A stretch of DNA of 64,000 bases from an uncultured virus (IMG/VR IMGVR_UViG_3300025133_000035). Taxonomy: Duplodnaviria > Heunggongvirae > Uroviricota > Caudoviricetes. Both the position numbers and the translations under genes were made by a program. Below are positions 21,797 through 31,215 of this stretch, one piece after another. The number at the start of each line of letters is the position of its first letter. The first letter of the stretch is position 1. The notes under the pieces were generated by a model. It saw nothing but the letters and a program-made list of their open reading frames with translations, was not told where the DNA came from and did no database searches. The DNA is taken from IMG/VR virus record IMGVR_UViG_3300025133_000035, one strand, 5' to 3'.

Positions 21797-21970
21797 ATGG
21801 ATTGGATGAAAGGAATGTTAAGCAAAGCTTGGGCATTAGTGCCCGGCGCCCTTAACTTAGTTGGAGACACACTTAGTGCTCTTTGGAGCGAAGTTGTTGA
21901 TGGTCATGACCGTCTTAGTTGGTGGGGATTGTTGGCTATCGCTGCAGCCCTCGGCGGCTGGGTGCTATAG
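21797..21970 (+). CDS. Small membrane protein (57 aa, absent from the ORF track)
   Basis: AAGGAG SD then ATG at 21797; MDWMKGMLSKAWALVPG...SWWGLLAIAAALGGWVL*, with a hydrophobic C-terminus. Confidence 0.6.
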   Translation: MDWMKGMLSKAWALVPGALNLVGDTLSALWSEVVDGHDRLSWWGLLAIAAALGGWVL

Positions 21971-21978
21971 AGGTAATC

Positions 21979-22176
21979 ATGGTGGCATATGTACAAGGAA
22001 AATTAGACAGATTAGTTGAGAAAATGATTTCACGAAAGTTTCTGGCGTGGCTGACCTGCACGGGTCTGACATACGCCGGAGCAGTAGACTCCGAAGGTTG
22101 GGTCATCGTGACCGGTATTTATATCGGAACGCAAGCAGCTATCGACGGAATCGCTAAACTGAAAGGGCTTACGTGA
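21979..22176 (+). CDS. Putative holin-like small membrane protein
   Basis: GAGGT SD then ATG at 21979; SRKFL followed by two hydrophobic segments. Confidence 0.5.
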   Translation: MVAYVQGKLDRLVEKMISRKFLAWLTCTGLTYAGAVDSEGWVIVTGIYIGTQAAIDGIAKLKGLT

Positions 22177-22595
22177 TCCTGCAACTGCAAGCTGTAAAGG
22201 CAATCGCCCTCTCTTTATGGGAGAAGGTGTTGCCTTTTGTGGTTAAGCACTGGAAGATTTTACTTATTCTGGCGCTCTCCGCTGCTCTGTTCTTAAAAAT
22301 GAGAGCAGACTATAAGGCTATGGAAACGGCGTATGAGGCGCGCCTAGAATCTTCGCAAGCTCAGCTTGAAGGACTGAAAGAGATCCACAAAGTTCAGATG
22401 GATGAAATGGCAGTTCTTATGGATGCGCTGTTAGCAGATCTGGACCGCCTTGAAGAAGAGCGCAACCGCGCTCGCGATGAATTGGCTGAACGCCACGAAG
22501 AGCGCATCGACGAGATCGAGCGTGAATGGTCTGAACATCCCGAGGGCGTAGCTGGGCAGATCGAACAGGAGTTTGGATTTGAGTATGTGGAGTAA
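22173..22595 (+). CDS. Membrane-anchored coiled-coil protein (i-spanin/Rz-like)
   Basis: N-terminal TM (KILLILALSAALFL) followed by a long coiled coil; overlaps both neighbours. Confidence 0.45.
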   Translation: MILQLQAVKAIALSLWEKVLPFVVKHWKILLILALSAALFLKMRADYKAMETAYEARLESSQAQLEGLKEIHKVQMDEMAVLMDALLADLDRLEEERNRARDELAERHEERIDEIEREWSEHPEGVAGQIEQEFGFEYVE

Positions 22596-23046
22596 AACAT
22601 TATTAACCTTTGGGCTGTTTTTATCGTCCCCTGTTTTTGCCACGCAAAACCCGGCAGATTCTGAACGTCCTCAGTTTACATTTATAGATTATCGCCAGCC
22701 CGCACCATTTCGCGGGACTTTGTTTAATCCGCGAGCCACAGCAGAACTGTTGGCAATGCCCGGTAATCTAAGAGCAGAGTTTGATTTGGAGATGGAATAT
22801 CGGCTGGATGTACAAGCCACAGAATATCATTTTAGATTAGATGCTGCTGCTACAAAGTACGGCGCGTTGAATAATGAGTATGCACTAGTGATAACCCAGA
22901 AAGATTTAGAGATTGCTGCGCTGCAAGAGGCTATCAATACACAGTCGCCATCCAATCGAGGTTGGTGGATTGCCGGCGGCGCCGCCGGCGGTGCTGCTAT
23001 AACTTTAGGGATTGTATACGCGGTTTTATCCGCATCGGGGAAGTAG
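22585..23046 (+). CDS. Exported coiled-coil protein with C-terminal membrane anchor (spanin-like partner?)
   Basis: Signal-peptide-like MWSKTLLTFGLFLSSPVFA, coiled coil, C-terminal Gly-rich hydrophobic helix; no lipobox Cys. Confidence 0.45.
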   Translation: MWSKTLLTFGLFLSSPVFATQNPADSERPQFTFIDYRQPAPFRGTLFNPRATAELLAMPGNLRAEFDLEMEYRLDVQATEYHFRLDAAATKYGALNNEYALVITQKDLEIAALQEAINTQSPSNRGWWIAGGAAGGAAITLGIVYAVLSASGK

Positions 23047-23047
23047 A

Positions 23048-23461
23048 ATGGCTGGGAAAAAAGACCCTAATTATGTCGCTAAGCTTGAGAGGGCAATTGC
23101 CGAGAAATATGGCAAAGAAGCGGTCCAAAATCCACGCGGAAATTGGAATGCGGAAAAAGAGGCAGCGTTTATAGAACAGCTTAGATCTGCGAACCTTCGA
23201 ATTCAAGAACTACAGCGCAAAATTACGAAGATAGAAGTCAATGGCGTTTTAGTTTCTCAGAAACTACTTAATAGAGAAACTAACAGGACGTGCCCCGTCT
23301 GCAGTGAGTATTCATTTAATCCAAAAGATGATGTGTATATGAACAAGTTCAAATGTTGCTTTACATGCTACATCCAGCACGTCGAGGACAGAGAAGAACG
23401 GTGGGCAACCGGCTGGCGTCCAGATTCAGGAGATAAAAAAACAAATGGCAACAACACTTGA
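23048..23461 (+). CDS. Hypothetical zinc-binding protein
   Basis: Likely start MAGKKDPNY; CPVC...CCFTC motif. Confidence 0.55.
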   Translation: MAGKKDPNYVAKLERAIAEKYGKEAVQNPRGNWNAEKEAAFIEQLRSANLRIQELQRKITKIEVNGVLVSQKLLNRETNRTCPVCSEYSFNPKDDVYMNKFKCCFTCYIQHVEDREERWATGWRPDSGDKKTNGNNT

Positions 23462-23999
23462 AGTAATCAGAGGTATCTCGCAAGCAGTGGCAAACTCTTA
23501 CGATGGCGCTCATGACAAGAAGTATTCTTACGACGGCGAAGAGCGTAAGATTGGACTCCACCGCGAAGAAGGCGACGTCATCACAGATTCGCGCTCGATG
23601 GACGGTTTTGGAGTACGCTTTCAGGGCAATCGGCTGATAATCAACTATCAGTACGACTGCAAGCTGAAGCATGTACATGAGAACGATTTCGAAGGCGACA
23701 TCAATGAGAAGATTGCGAACGTTGCCAAGTATCTTCGTAACGAGTACAAGAAGGTGACCGGCAACGGGCTGGCTTTAACCAAAGAAGGGGAATGTGACGT
23801 AATGGTCGAGTATATTTCTAGAATCAGAACTTCAGTTAAGGCATGCCAAGTTTATAAGATCGGCGGTCTATCTGGGGTAGATGACCCACATCCCGGTGAG
23901 CGCGATGTTGACTCAGCCATTAAAGATTGGCTAGCCATCGGCAAAGACAAGTACCCCCGTACCAAGAAACCATCGAACATCACAAGAAAGAACGATTAG
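23445..23999 (+). CDS. Hypothetical protein upstream of terminase
   Basis: 184 aa; AGGAG SD. Confidence 0.6.
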   Translation: MATTLEVIRGISQAVANSYDGAHDKKYSYDGEERKIGLHREEGDVITDSRSMDGFGVRFQGNRLIINYQYDCKLKHVHENDFEGDINEKIANVAKYLRNEYKKVTGNGLALTKEGECDVMVEYISRIRTSVKACQVYKIGGLSGVDDPHPGERDVDSAIKDWLAIGKDKYPRTKKPSNITRKND

Positions 24000-24005
24000 G
24001 ATGGC

Positions 24006-25601
24006 ATGGGAACTTATTCGTTATCCAAAGAAGATCAAATAAAGGAAATAATAAAGTGCGGGAAAGATCCTGTTTACTTTATCAATAGTTACTGCCGAAT
24101 CTCCCACCCGATTCATGGGCTGATTCCGTTTGCAACCTACGATTTCCAACAAGACTTGCTATCAGCCTTCAACGATCACCGTTTCAATGTGATCCTCAAG
24201 GCGCGCCAGATGGGTATCTCTACGATTGTAGCAGCCTACATTATTTGGCTGATGCTCTTTCACCGTGACAAGAACGTTCTGGTTTTAGCTACAAAGTTCA
24301 GCACTGCCGGCAACTTGGTTAAGAAAGTAAAAGCTATGATGCGCGGCTTACCTGAATTTATGCAGATATCTTCAATCTCAGTAGACAACCGAACATCCTT
24401 CGAACTTACTAATGGCTCGCAGATTAAAGCGTCTTCGACTTCTGGCGATGCCGGTCGTTCCGAGGCGCTATCTTTGTTGGTGCTTGATGAGGCAGCACAC
24501 GTCGAGGGCTTGGGAGATTTGTGGATGGGTCTGTATCCTACGATTTCAACTGGTGGTCGCTGCATTGCGCTGTCAACCCCCAACGGTGTCGGTAACTGGT
24601 TTCACACCATTTATAGTAATGCTGAGACTGGTGAGAACGACTTTAACCCTATCAAACTGCTGTGGGACTTACACCCGGATCGCGATCAGGCGTGGTTCGA
24701 TAAAGAAACCAGAAACATGTCCCGCCGTGAGATCGCTCAAGAATTTGAGTGCAACTTTAATACTTCTGGTGATACAGTTATCCACCCGGATGACATTGCA
24801 AGGATTGCTGCCACAGTAGTAGAGCCAAAACACAGGACAGGGTTTGACCGCAACTTCTGGATCTGGGAAGAATGCCAACCGGACTCTTCTTATGTTCTAG
24901 TTGCTGACGTCGCCCGCGGCGATGGAGTAGACTATTCGGTATTTCATATTCTGAAACTAGAGACTCTGGAAGTCGTTGCTGAATATCACGGCAAGCCGAC
25001 ATTAGATATGTTTGCGCAAGTCTTGGATACCTCCGGAAGAGAATACGGGAGTTGCATGATTGTTGTTGAAAACAATAACGTTGGATTCTCTGTTTTAGAA
25101 AAACTAATCGATAAAGAATATCCAAACATTTACCACTCTGTCAAGTCCTCACATGAGTACGTCGAGCAACATGTGGCTGAAAGCATGACGAATTCTATAC
25201 CCGGCTTTACGACTTCTATGAAAACTCGCCCGCTCATCGTAGCGAAATTGGAAGAGTTTATCAGAAACAAACTAATTACCATATACTCAAAGCGTACTTT
25301 AAACGAAATCAAAACTTTTATTTGGAATAATGGCAAGCCCCAAGCGATGCGCAACTATAATGATGACCTCGTTATCGCACTGGCAATCGCATGCTGGGTG
25401 CGAGATACAGCGTTTGTCGCAAATGCGAGGAACATCGAGTATAAAAAAGCATGCTTAGATTCAATGATCCGTTCGAACACAAAACTAGAAACTCAAATTC
25501 GTGGACAATTAGGTTATAAAAGTGGCGGAACTTTTGATAAAATAGCAGAACAAGAGATCATTAAACAGTATCAAGAATTTTCATGGTTGTACAAAGGATA
25601 A
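24006..25601 (+). CDS. terL: Terminase large subunit (T4 gp17-like)
   Basis: Walker A LKARQMGIST, Walker B LVLDEAAH, STPNG coupling motif, nuclease VADVARG...DDLVIA. Confidence 0.93.
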   Translation: MGTYSLSKEDQIKEIIKCGKDPVYFINSYCRISHPIHGLIPFATYDFQQDLLSAFNDHRFNVILKARQMGISTIVAAYIIWLMLFHRDKNVLVLATKFSTAGNLVKKVKAMMRGLPEFMQISSISVDNRTSFELTNGSQIKASSTSGDAGRSEALSLLVLDEAAHVEGLGDLWMGLYPTISTGGRCIALSTPNGVGNWFHTIYSNAETGENDFNPIKLLWDLHPDRDQAWFDKETRNMSRREIAQEFECNFNTSGDTVIHPDDIARIAATVVEPKHRTGFDRNFWIWEECQPDSSYVLVADVARGDGVDYSVFHILKLETLEVVAEYHGKPTLDMFAQVLDTSGREYGSCMIVVENNNVGFSVLEKLIDKEYPNIYHSVKSSHEYVEQHVAESMTNSIPGFTTSMKTRPLIVAKLEEFIRNKLITIYSKRTLNEIKTFIWNNGKPQAMRNYNDDLVIALAIACWVRDTAFVANARNIEYKKACLDSMIRSNTKLETQIRGQLGYKSGGTFDKIAEQEIIKQYQEFSWLYKG

Positions 25602-25604
25602 TAC

Positions 25605-27581
25605 ATGGCTGAAAGTAAAAGAGGAAACCCGAACCTGAAGAACCCGAGAAACCCGCAGTCACCGCTGTTCAAGCGACTGACCCGGCTCCTCTCTGGTCCG
25701 ATTGTAAATCGTCGTGTTCAAATGCAGCGCCGCTATCGCCGCGCTCAGTTGGACAAGTTTAACTTTACGTCTGCGGGAGGGCTAAACTTTAAGAGAACGT
25801 CTTACAACCCGTACGACAACCTCAGTGCTCAGGTGATGGCGAACCAAAACCGCCAAGAGCGCTATCTCGATTTCGATCAGATGGAATATATGCCAGAGAT
25901 TGCCTCGGCGCTCGATATCTACGCAGACGAGATGACTACTTCAACGATTCTCAGCCCGCTGCTTAAGATTGATTGTAGCAACGATGAGATTAAGGTTATT
26001 CTAGATAACCTATACCACAAGATTTTAAATATCGACTCCAACCTATTCGGTTGGTGCCGTACGATGTGCAAGTTCGGAGACTATTTCCTGTATTTGGACA
26101 TCGATGAGACCCACGGAATCAAGAGTGCCGTGGGAATCCCCCTTGAAGAGCTTGAAAGGCTTGAAGGCGAGGACAAAACAAACCCCAACTACGTGCAATA
26201 CCAGTGGAACTCAGGCGGATTAACCTTTGAGAACTGGCAGATTGCACATTTTCGTATTTTAGGCAACGATAAGTTTGCCCCGTATGGCACTTCCGTACTT
26301 GAAGGCGCCCGCCGCATCTGGCGTCAGCTTACTTTGCTTGAAGATGCTATGATGGCTTACCGCATTGTGCGCTCACCCGAGCGTAGAGTGTTCTACATCG
26401 ACGTTGGTAACATTCCACCTCAAGATGTCGAGCAGTTCATGCAGAAAGTTACGACTCAGATGAAGCGGAACCAAGTTGTTGACCCCACAACCGGTCGAGT
26501 GGACCTTCGCTACAACCCAATGAGTATTGATGAAGATTATTTCATCCCAGTGCGCGGCGCTGAGTCCAGCCGAGTCGAATCCTTACCCGGCGGAACGTAC
26601 ACTGGCGACATCGATGACGTTAAGTACCTCCGCGACAAGTTGTTCTCTGCTTTGAAGATTCCAATGTCGTATCTATCACGCGGCGATGGTGGAGAAGAGG
26701 ATAAGACTACGCTAGCACAGAAGGATGTGCGCTTTGCGCGCACGATCCAGCGCCTGCAGCGCTCTATCGTCTCAGAACTTGAGAAGATTGGGATCATTCA
26801 CCTCTTTACGCTTGGCTTTAGGGGAGATGACCTCATTGCATTCAAGCTGCAGCTTCAGAATCCATCAAAGATCGCTGAAATGCAAGAACTTGAACACTGG
26901 CGCACCAAGTTTGACGTTGCTTCAGCCGCAACAGAGGGCTTCTTCAGCCGGCGTTGGGTTTCCGAGCACCTTCTCGGCATGTCGGACGAAGAATTCCTCC
27001 GCAACCAGCGCGAAATGTTCTATGACAAGAAGATTCAGGCAATGCTTGAAGCTGCAGCCGAACCTCCTGCCGAAGAAGGCGGTGACGGCGGCTTAGGCGG
27101 AGACTTGGGTGGAGATCTGGGCGGAGATCTGGGCGGCGAAGAAGGCGGTGACCTTGGTGGCGACTTGGGCGGTGATCTTGGCGGCGAAGAAGGCGGCGGC
27201 GAAGAAATGGACCTTGGAGGAGACGAAGGTGGCGGCGAAGAAGAAGAATCGGCACTCTTGGCAGCCCCGGGTCATCGAGATGATGGCGGTTACATCACTC
27301 CCGGCTCAAAAGGTAAAGTATATTATCCAGTTTCAAGCGACTCCCGCCAATCCGGTGCTAGAAAGCGCAGCATGCATGCAGATTCCGGACTTTCGCTAGC
27401 GAGCAGTTCGCAGAGAAACATTTTTAAAGGCTTGAGTGACTTGAACCGGTTAGGAAATGGGCTTTCCGAAGATGTGGAATCTAATTACACCGAAGAAGCA
27501 AAAGTACGTGCAAGCCATTCTGAAACTCAGTCGCTGATTGAGAGCTTGCAGAGATTGGAGTCTAAGAAAAATGAAACATAA
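25605..27581 (+). CDS. Portal protein (T4 gp20-like)
   Basis: LLEDAMMAYRIVRSPERRVFYIDVGN, EDYFIPVRG, LPGG, DDVKYLRDKLFSALKIP are T4 gp20 family motifs. Confidence 0.93.
   Translation: MAESKRGNPNLKNPRNPQSPLFKRLTRLLSGPIVNRRVQMQRRYRRAQLDKFNFTSAGGLNFKRTSYNPYDNLSAQVMANQNRQERYLDFDQMEYMPEIASALDIYADEMTTSTILSPLLKIDCSNDEIKVILDNLYHKILNIDSNLFGWCRTMCKFGDYFLYLDIDETHGIKSAVGIPLEELERLEGEDKTNPNYVQYQWNSGGLTFENWQIAHFRILGNDKFAPYGTSVLEGARRIWRQLTLLEDAMMAYRIVRSPERRVFYIDVGNIPPQDVEQFMQKVTTQMKRNQVVDPTTGRVDLRYNPMSIDEDYFIPVRGAESSRVESLPGGTYTGDIDDVKYLRDKLFSALKIPMSYLSRGDGGEEDKTTLAQKDVRFARTIQRLQRSIVSELEKIGIIHLFTLGFRGDDLIAFKLQLQNPSKIAEMQELEHWRTKFDVASAATEGFFSRRWVSEHLLGMSDEEFLRNQREMFYDKKIQAMLEAAAEPPAEEGGDGGLGGDLGGDLGGDLGGEEGGDLGGDLGGDLGGEEGGGEEMDLGGDEGGGEEEESALLAAPGHRDDGGYITPGSKGKVYYPVSSDSRQSGARKRSMHADSGLSLASSSQRNIFKGLSDLNRLGNGLSEDVESNYTEEAKVRASHSETQSLIESLQRLESKKNET
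27073..27249 (+). repeat. Low-complexity GGDL/GGEE coding repeats in the portal C-terminus
   Basis: EEGGDGGLGGDLGGDLGGDLGGEEGGDLGGDLGGDLGGEEGGGEE, encoded by degenerate 12-nt units. Confidence 0.85.
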
Positions 27582-28389
27582 TAAGAAGAGAAATACAGCC
27601 TTTCTATATGAGACACTTGTTCGCGAGTTAACGAGCAGCGTGGTAAGTAACAACAAGCCGCGCAACAAAAAGATTCTTGCCATTATGAAAGAATTCTTTA
27701 GTCGCGATACAGCCCTTGGTCTGGAGTTAGAACTCTATAGAACCCTTTATGAGACCGACAGCGTTGACGAAATGACAGCAGAGAAGCTTCTGCTAGAAGT
27801 CAAGCGCGTTTATATGGCACTGAATCAGGAAGAAACTTTCGACCAGCAGTCACGGCTTATTGGAACGATTAACCGGGAATTAGGCAAGTCGACTTTCAAT
27901 ACTTTCGTCCCCAACTACAAAGACCTCGCGACAATCTCGCAGATTTTTGATAAGAGGACCACAATCAAAAGGCGCACGCTTTTAGAAAATGTTGTACTCA
28001 AGAAGATGTCTTCCGGCGCAACATCTCTGACCGAAAGCGCGATGAAGCCGATTGACAATATCGTGTACAAGACATTCGTTGAGAAGTTTAATGAGCAGTA
28101 CTCTGAAACCTTGCGCGCAGAGCAGAGCGCTCTTTTGAGCGCGTACATTGTTTCATTCTCAGACAACGGTGTCGCTCTTAAAATGTTTCTCAACGAAGAA
28201 CTGTCACGACTCAAGGGGGTTATAGAATCCTCTCGCACAATCAACGAAATTGCTAGCGATAAAGAAATGCTCCAGAAGGCAGACGTCGTGATAGAGACAA
28301 TCAGCGGTTTTTCTTCACGCCAGATCGACCGCGACATGCTTAAGCAAGTCATGAAGATTCAAGAGCTAGCCGCGGAGATTGAAAGCTGA
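27571..28389 (+). CDS. Hypothetical head-cluster protein
   Basis: Likely start MKHNKKRNTAFLYE (ATG 27571, GGAG SD); helical; lies between portal and protease. Confidence 0.6.
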   Translation: MKHNKKRNTAFLYETLVRELTSSVVSNNKPRNKKILAIMKEFFSRDTALGLELELYRTLYETDSVDEMTAEKLLLEVKRVYMALNQEETFDQQSRLIGTINRELGKSTFNTFVPNYKDLATISQIFDKRTTIKRRTLLENVVLKKMSSGATSLTESAMKPIDNIVYKTFVEKFNEQYSETLRAEQSALLSAYIVSFSDNGVALKMFLNEELSRLKGVIESSRTINEIASDKEMLQKADVVIETISGFSSRQIDRDMLKQVMKIQELAAEIES

Positions 28390-28964
28390 TGGCTGAGATC
28401 GTAATCAAGGTTGGTCAAAGCGATGATTTTGACGAGGAGAACCGCGTAGACACAGAGAGAGCTACGCAGGCTACTGTTTCGCTCGACGTTCGAAAGACCC
28501 TCGGCGGCGATCTGGTGATATATGATCACGAAGATATTGATATTGTTGTTTCACCAAAGACGAAGAATGTGATTGCTTTCGCCAAAGATGAGGTTAGCGA
28601 CATAGTGTATGACGCGCAGAGTCGCCTTTATGATTATCTGGTAAAAAAGGGAGTCATTAAGAGAGAATCAGTACAGGGTGGAAACGTCTATGGCTCTATG
28701 CAGGGCGATCTAGAAGAAGCCTCGGACGAAGGCGTCGACGCCGTTCAGGTCGCTGTACTAAACATTACTAAGTTTATGGAAGAAGAGGCACCTCGATTCA
28801 TGTATCAGCGCATGTATGACGAACAAGAAGAAGAAGCGCTGACAGATCCTGACGGCGAGGAATCCACAGAGCTTGGCGAAGTTCCGCACAAGCGAGAGAA
28901 GGGTTCAATTCGTCCCGGCATCTATCGCAATGCATATATGCATAACAGATTTTACAGAGCATAA
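28389..28964 (+). CDS. Hypothetical acidic protein
   Basis: 191 aa; TGATG coupling. Confidence 0.6.
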   Translation: MAEIVIKVGQSDDFDEENRVDTERATQATVSLDVRKTLGGDLVIYDHEDIDIVVSPKTKNVIAFAKDEVSDIVYDAQSRLYDYLVKKGVIKRESVQGGNVYGSMQGDLEEASDEGVDAVQVAVLNITKFMEEEAPRFMYQRMYDEQEEEALTDPDGEESTELGEVPHKREKGSIRPGIYRNAYMHNRFYRA

Positions 28965-28973
28965 GAGGTGTAA

Positions 28974-29276
28974 ATGTATCAGTTATTTTGGTTTTGTTTG
29001 GCAGCGTATGGGCTAACTCAGATGCTAGCTTATGGATCGCTTTTCGATCGTATTCGCCCCGCAACGGGACTACTGGGCGCTTTATTCCGCTGCCCTATGT
29101 GTCTGGGCTTCTGGGTCGGCGTATTTTTGTTCGGCGTTAACTACAATACAGAACTATTTACGTTTGAGTATACTGTTGCCAATTTACTAATCTGCGGCTG
29201 TGTTTCATCGGCTGTCTCATATGTGCTCTGCACGGTGTTTGGCGATAACGGTATTCAAATTGGAGGAAAAGGATAA
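28974..29276 (+). CDS. DUF1360-like membrane protein
   Basis: Three hydrophobic segments with LFRCPMCLGFWVG (CxxCxxxW). Confidence 0.55.
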   Translation: MYQLFWFCLAAYGLTQMLAYGSLFDRIRPATGLLGALFRCPMCLGFWVGVFLFGVNYNTELFTFEYTVANLLICGCVSSAVSYVLCTVFGDNGIQIGGKG

Positions 29277-29344
29277 TGGACACGGATTTTTGGACAGCTA
29301 AGTGGATGCTGCAGCCAGTGCGCCTCTGTAAAAAGGGCTGCTGA
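29276..29344 (+). CDS. Putative 22-aa Cys-containing micropeptide
   Basis: GGAGG/AAGGA SD, TAATG coupling; MDTDFWTAKWMLQPVRLCKKGC-TGA. Confidence 0.4.
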   Translation: MDTDFWTAKWMLQPVRLCKKGC

Positions 29345-29387
29345 CTCGGGCGGGTAGCGCCCGTCATTTATTTAATAGAGAAAGATT

Positions 29388-29996
29388 ATGAAAAAAGTAC
29401 TTTTACGAGAATATTATGAACTATGCGAAGGCGGCGTCTGTCAGGATCTCCTGACGGAAGAGGAGAAGATCTATGTCGGAAACGGCGGTATGATGCTTTC
29501 CGGCAAGCTGCAAGAAGCAGACGTTCAGAATGGCAACGGTCGTGTCTATCCCAGAAAGATTCTGGAAAGAGAGATGAAGAGTTACCAGAAGCTTGTAAAA
29601 GAAAAGAGAGCCCTTGGGGAACTAGACCACCCCGAGGATTCAGTTATTAACCTTAAGAACGCCTCCCACATGGTCACTGACGTATGGTGGGACGGTCCTT
29701 CGGTTATGGGAAAGGTCAAAATTTTAAATACACCATCGGGCAATATCCTGCGAGAGCTTGTTAATGATGGTGTTAAACTAGGGATTTCGTCTCGCGGGCT
29801 TGGTTCAGTCAGTGAGGCACAGGGGCGCACGATCGTTGAAGATGATTTTCAATTAATCTGTTTTGATTTCGTATCCGAACCCTCCACTCCCGATGCCTAT
29901 ATGGGGCTTAGTGAGGGTAAAACCTACAATGAACCAAATGTTTTTACAAAAGCGGATAGAATCAACCGCTTGTTAAATGAAATCGTTAAGGAGTAA
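29388..29996 (+). CDS. Prohead maturation protease (T4 gp21-like)
   Basis: NGNGRVYP, ALGELDHP, SHMVT, LGISSRGLGS, DFVSEPS. Confidence 0.92.
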   Translation: MKKVLLREYYELCEGGVCQDLLTEEEKIYVGNGGMMLSGKLQEADVQNGNGRVYPRKILEREMKSYQKLVKEKRALGELDHPEDSVINLKNASHMVTDVWWDGPSVMGKVKILNTPSGNILRELVNDGVKLGISSRGLGSVSEAQGRTIVEDDFQLICFDFVSEPSTPDAYMGLSEGKTYNEPNVFTKADRINRLLNEIVKE

Positions 29997-30002
29997 AACG
30001 AA

Positions 30003-30332
30003 ATGAAAATCACAAAGACAAAGCTTAAGCAGATTATTGTCGAAGAGCTTGAAGCTGTTATGAATGAGGAAGACGAAGAACAAGTGGAAGAAGCATATGC
30101 CGGCGCCCGTCCCGGTCCTTCTCATAGAGATCGACCCGGCTATCAATCAGCCACGGTCCGCGGTCGTGTCGAATCGCGCACACCCACTCTGGATGCTGCA
30201 GCAGAAGCTCTTGGCATGTCGCCTTCTGAGGTGATGATGGCACTCGCTCAGGAAATGGAAGTCGACCTTGCCGGTCAAGATGACCCAGCGCTTCCAGCCG
30301 AAGGCGAGCCAGCATTCCCAGAGGAAGTATAG
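30003..30332 (+). CDS. Small acidic putative prohead core/internal protein
   Basis: MKITKTKLKQIIVEELE N-terminus; AAGGAG SD; lies in the head cluster. Confidence 0.55.
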   Translation: MKITKTKLKQIIVEELEAVMNEEDEEQVEEAYAGARPGPSHRDRPGYQSATVRGRVESRTPTLDAAAEALGMSPSEVMMALAQEMEVDLAGQDDPALPAEGEPAFPEEV

Positions 30333-30333
30333 C

Positions 30334-30738
30334 ATGAATAAAGCAGAGCTTAAAGCTGTGCTGAAACCCCTAATCAAAGAGTGCATCAAAGAGGCGCTCT
30401 TCGAAGAAGGGGTTTTGTCCGGCATAGTTTCCGAGGTGGCTCGGGGATTATCTGCCGGCGCGCCCTTGGTGGAGCAGCGAAAGCCCTCACCCAAGCCGGC
30501 AAGCAAGGCGCCTTCACAGCGCCAACAAAGAATGGAACAAGAAAGAAAGCAACTACTCAACTCTATTAACAAAGATGCCTATAACGGTATTAATGTATTT
30601 GAGGGTATTGAAGCTGCGCCAACACCCGGCGCACCACAACCCGGCAGCCCTTTGGGAGATATCTCACCAAACGACCCGGGTGTGAATATTGATGGTATCT
30701 TGAATATTGCTGGGGACTCTTGGGGCAAATTCATTTAG
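30334..30738 (+). CDS. Hypothetical head-cluster protein
   Basis: Likely start MNKAELKAVLKPLIKECIKEALFEE. Confidence 0.55.
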   Translation: MNKAELKAVLKPLIKECIKEALFEEGVLSGIVSEVARGLSAGAPLVEQRKPSPKPASKAPSQRQQRMEQERKQLLNSINKDAYNGINVFEGIEAAPTPGAPQPGSPLGDISPNDPGVNIDGILNIAGDSWGKFI

Positions 30739-30743
30739 TTAAT

Positions 30744-30752
30744 ACTATTTAT
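30744..30752 (+). promoter_or_regulatory. Putative late promoter ACTATTTAT
   Basis: Intergenic copy of the recurrent motif. Confidence 0.55.
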
Positions 30753-30773
30753 CGAAGGAAGGAAATATATTAA

Positions 30774-31199
30774 ATGGCAGACAATAGTACATTTAGCTAC
30801 GGTGTTGGACTTCACAACGTAGGTTCATACAGAGTCGCCGGAGATCCATGGGTGTCTGGTTCGGATGCGCACGCCTCCGGTGACGGAGAAGTCAAATACG
30901 AGCTTCCATGGGTGGCGAAGCGCCTTGTAGTACACAATTACTCTGACAATACTTTGCGCGTACATTTTAACTCTACTGACAACCCGGGCGTGACAGCCGC
31001 TACAGGGGCTCACTATCTTGAAGTGGGATCCGCGACTGGCTCTAACTCTGTTCTAGATTTGGAATGCAAGTGTAAAGAATTTTATGTTTCAGTTCCTGCT
31101 GGAACGGGCAGGTACCGCGTCTATGCAGAACTCACCGGAATCCCCACGGGCAGAATGTATGCCTTGACTGGCTCTGGTTTGACTGATTACGTAGAGTAA
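30774..31199 (+). CDS. Hypothetical beta-rich virion protein (decoration-like?)
   Basis: 141 aa; follows the late motif and an AAGGA SD. Confidence 0.5.
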   Translation: MADNSTFSYGVGLHNVGSYRVAGDPWVSGSDAHASGDGEVKYELPWVAKRLVVHNYSDNTLRVHFNSTDNPGVTAATGAHYLEVGSATGSNSVLDLECKCKEFYVSVPAGTGRYRVYAELTGIPTGRMYALTGSGLTDYVE

Positions 31200-31215
31200 T
31201 CGATAGGTAACGTTA

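Noticed and set aside
21919..21978. N-terminal extension of the holin-like ORF given in the track
   Set aside because: It overlaps the 21797..21970 gene; the SD supports ATG 21979. Similar over-extended starts were trimmed for 22573, 23012, 27538, 30268, 34792 and 46641.
23261..23272. AAACTACTTAAT late-motif-like sequence
   Set aside because: Lies inside a coding region; it could drive the terminase operon, but there is no independent support.
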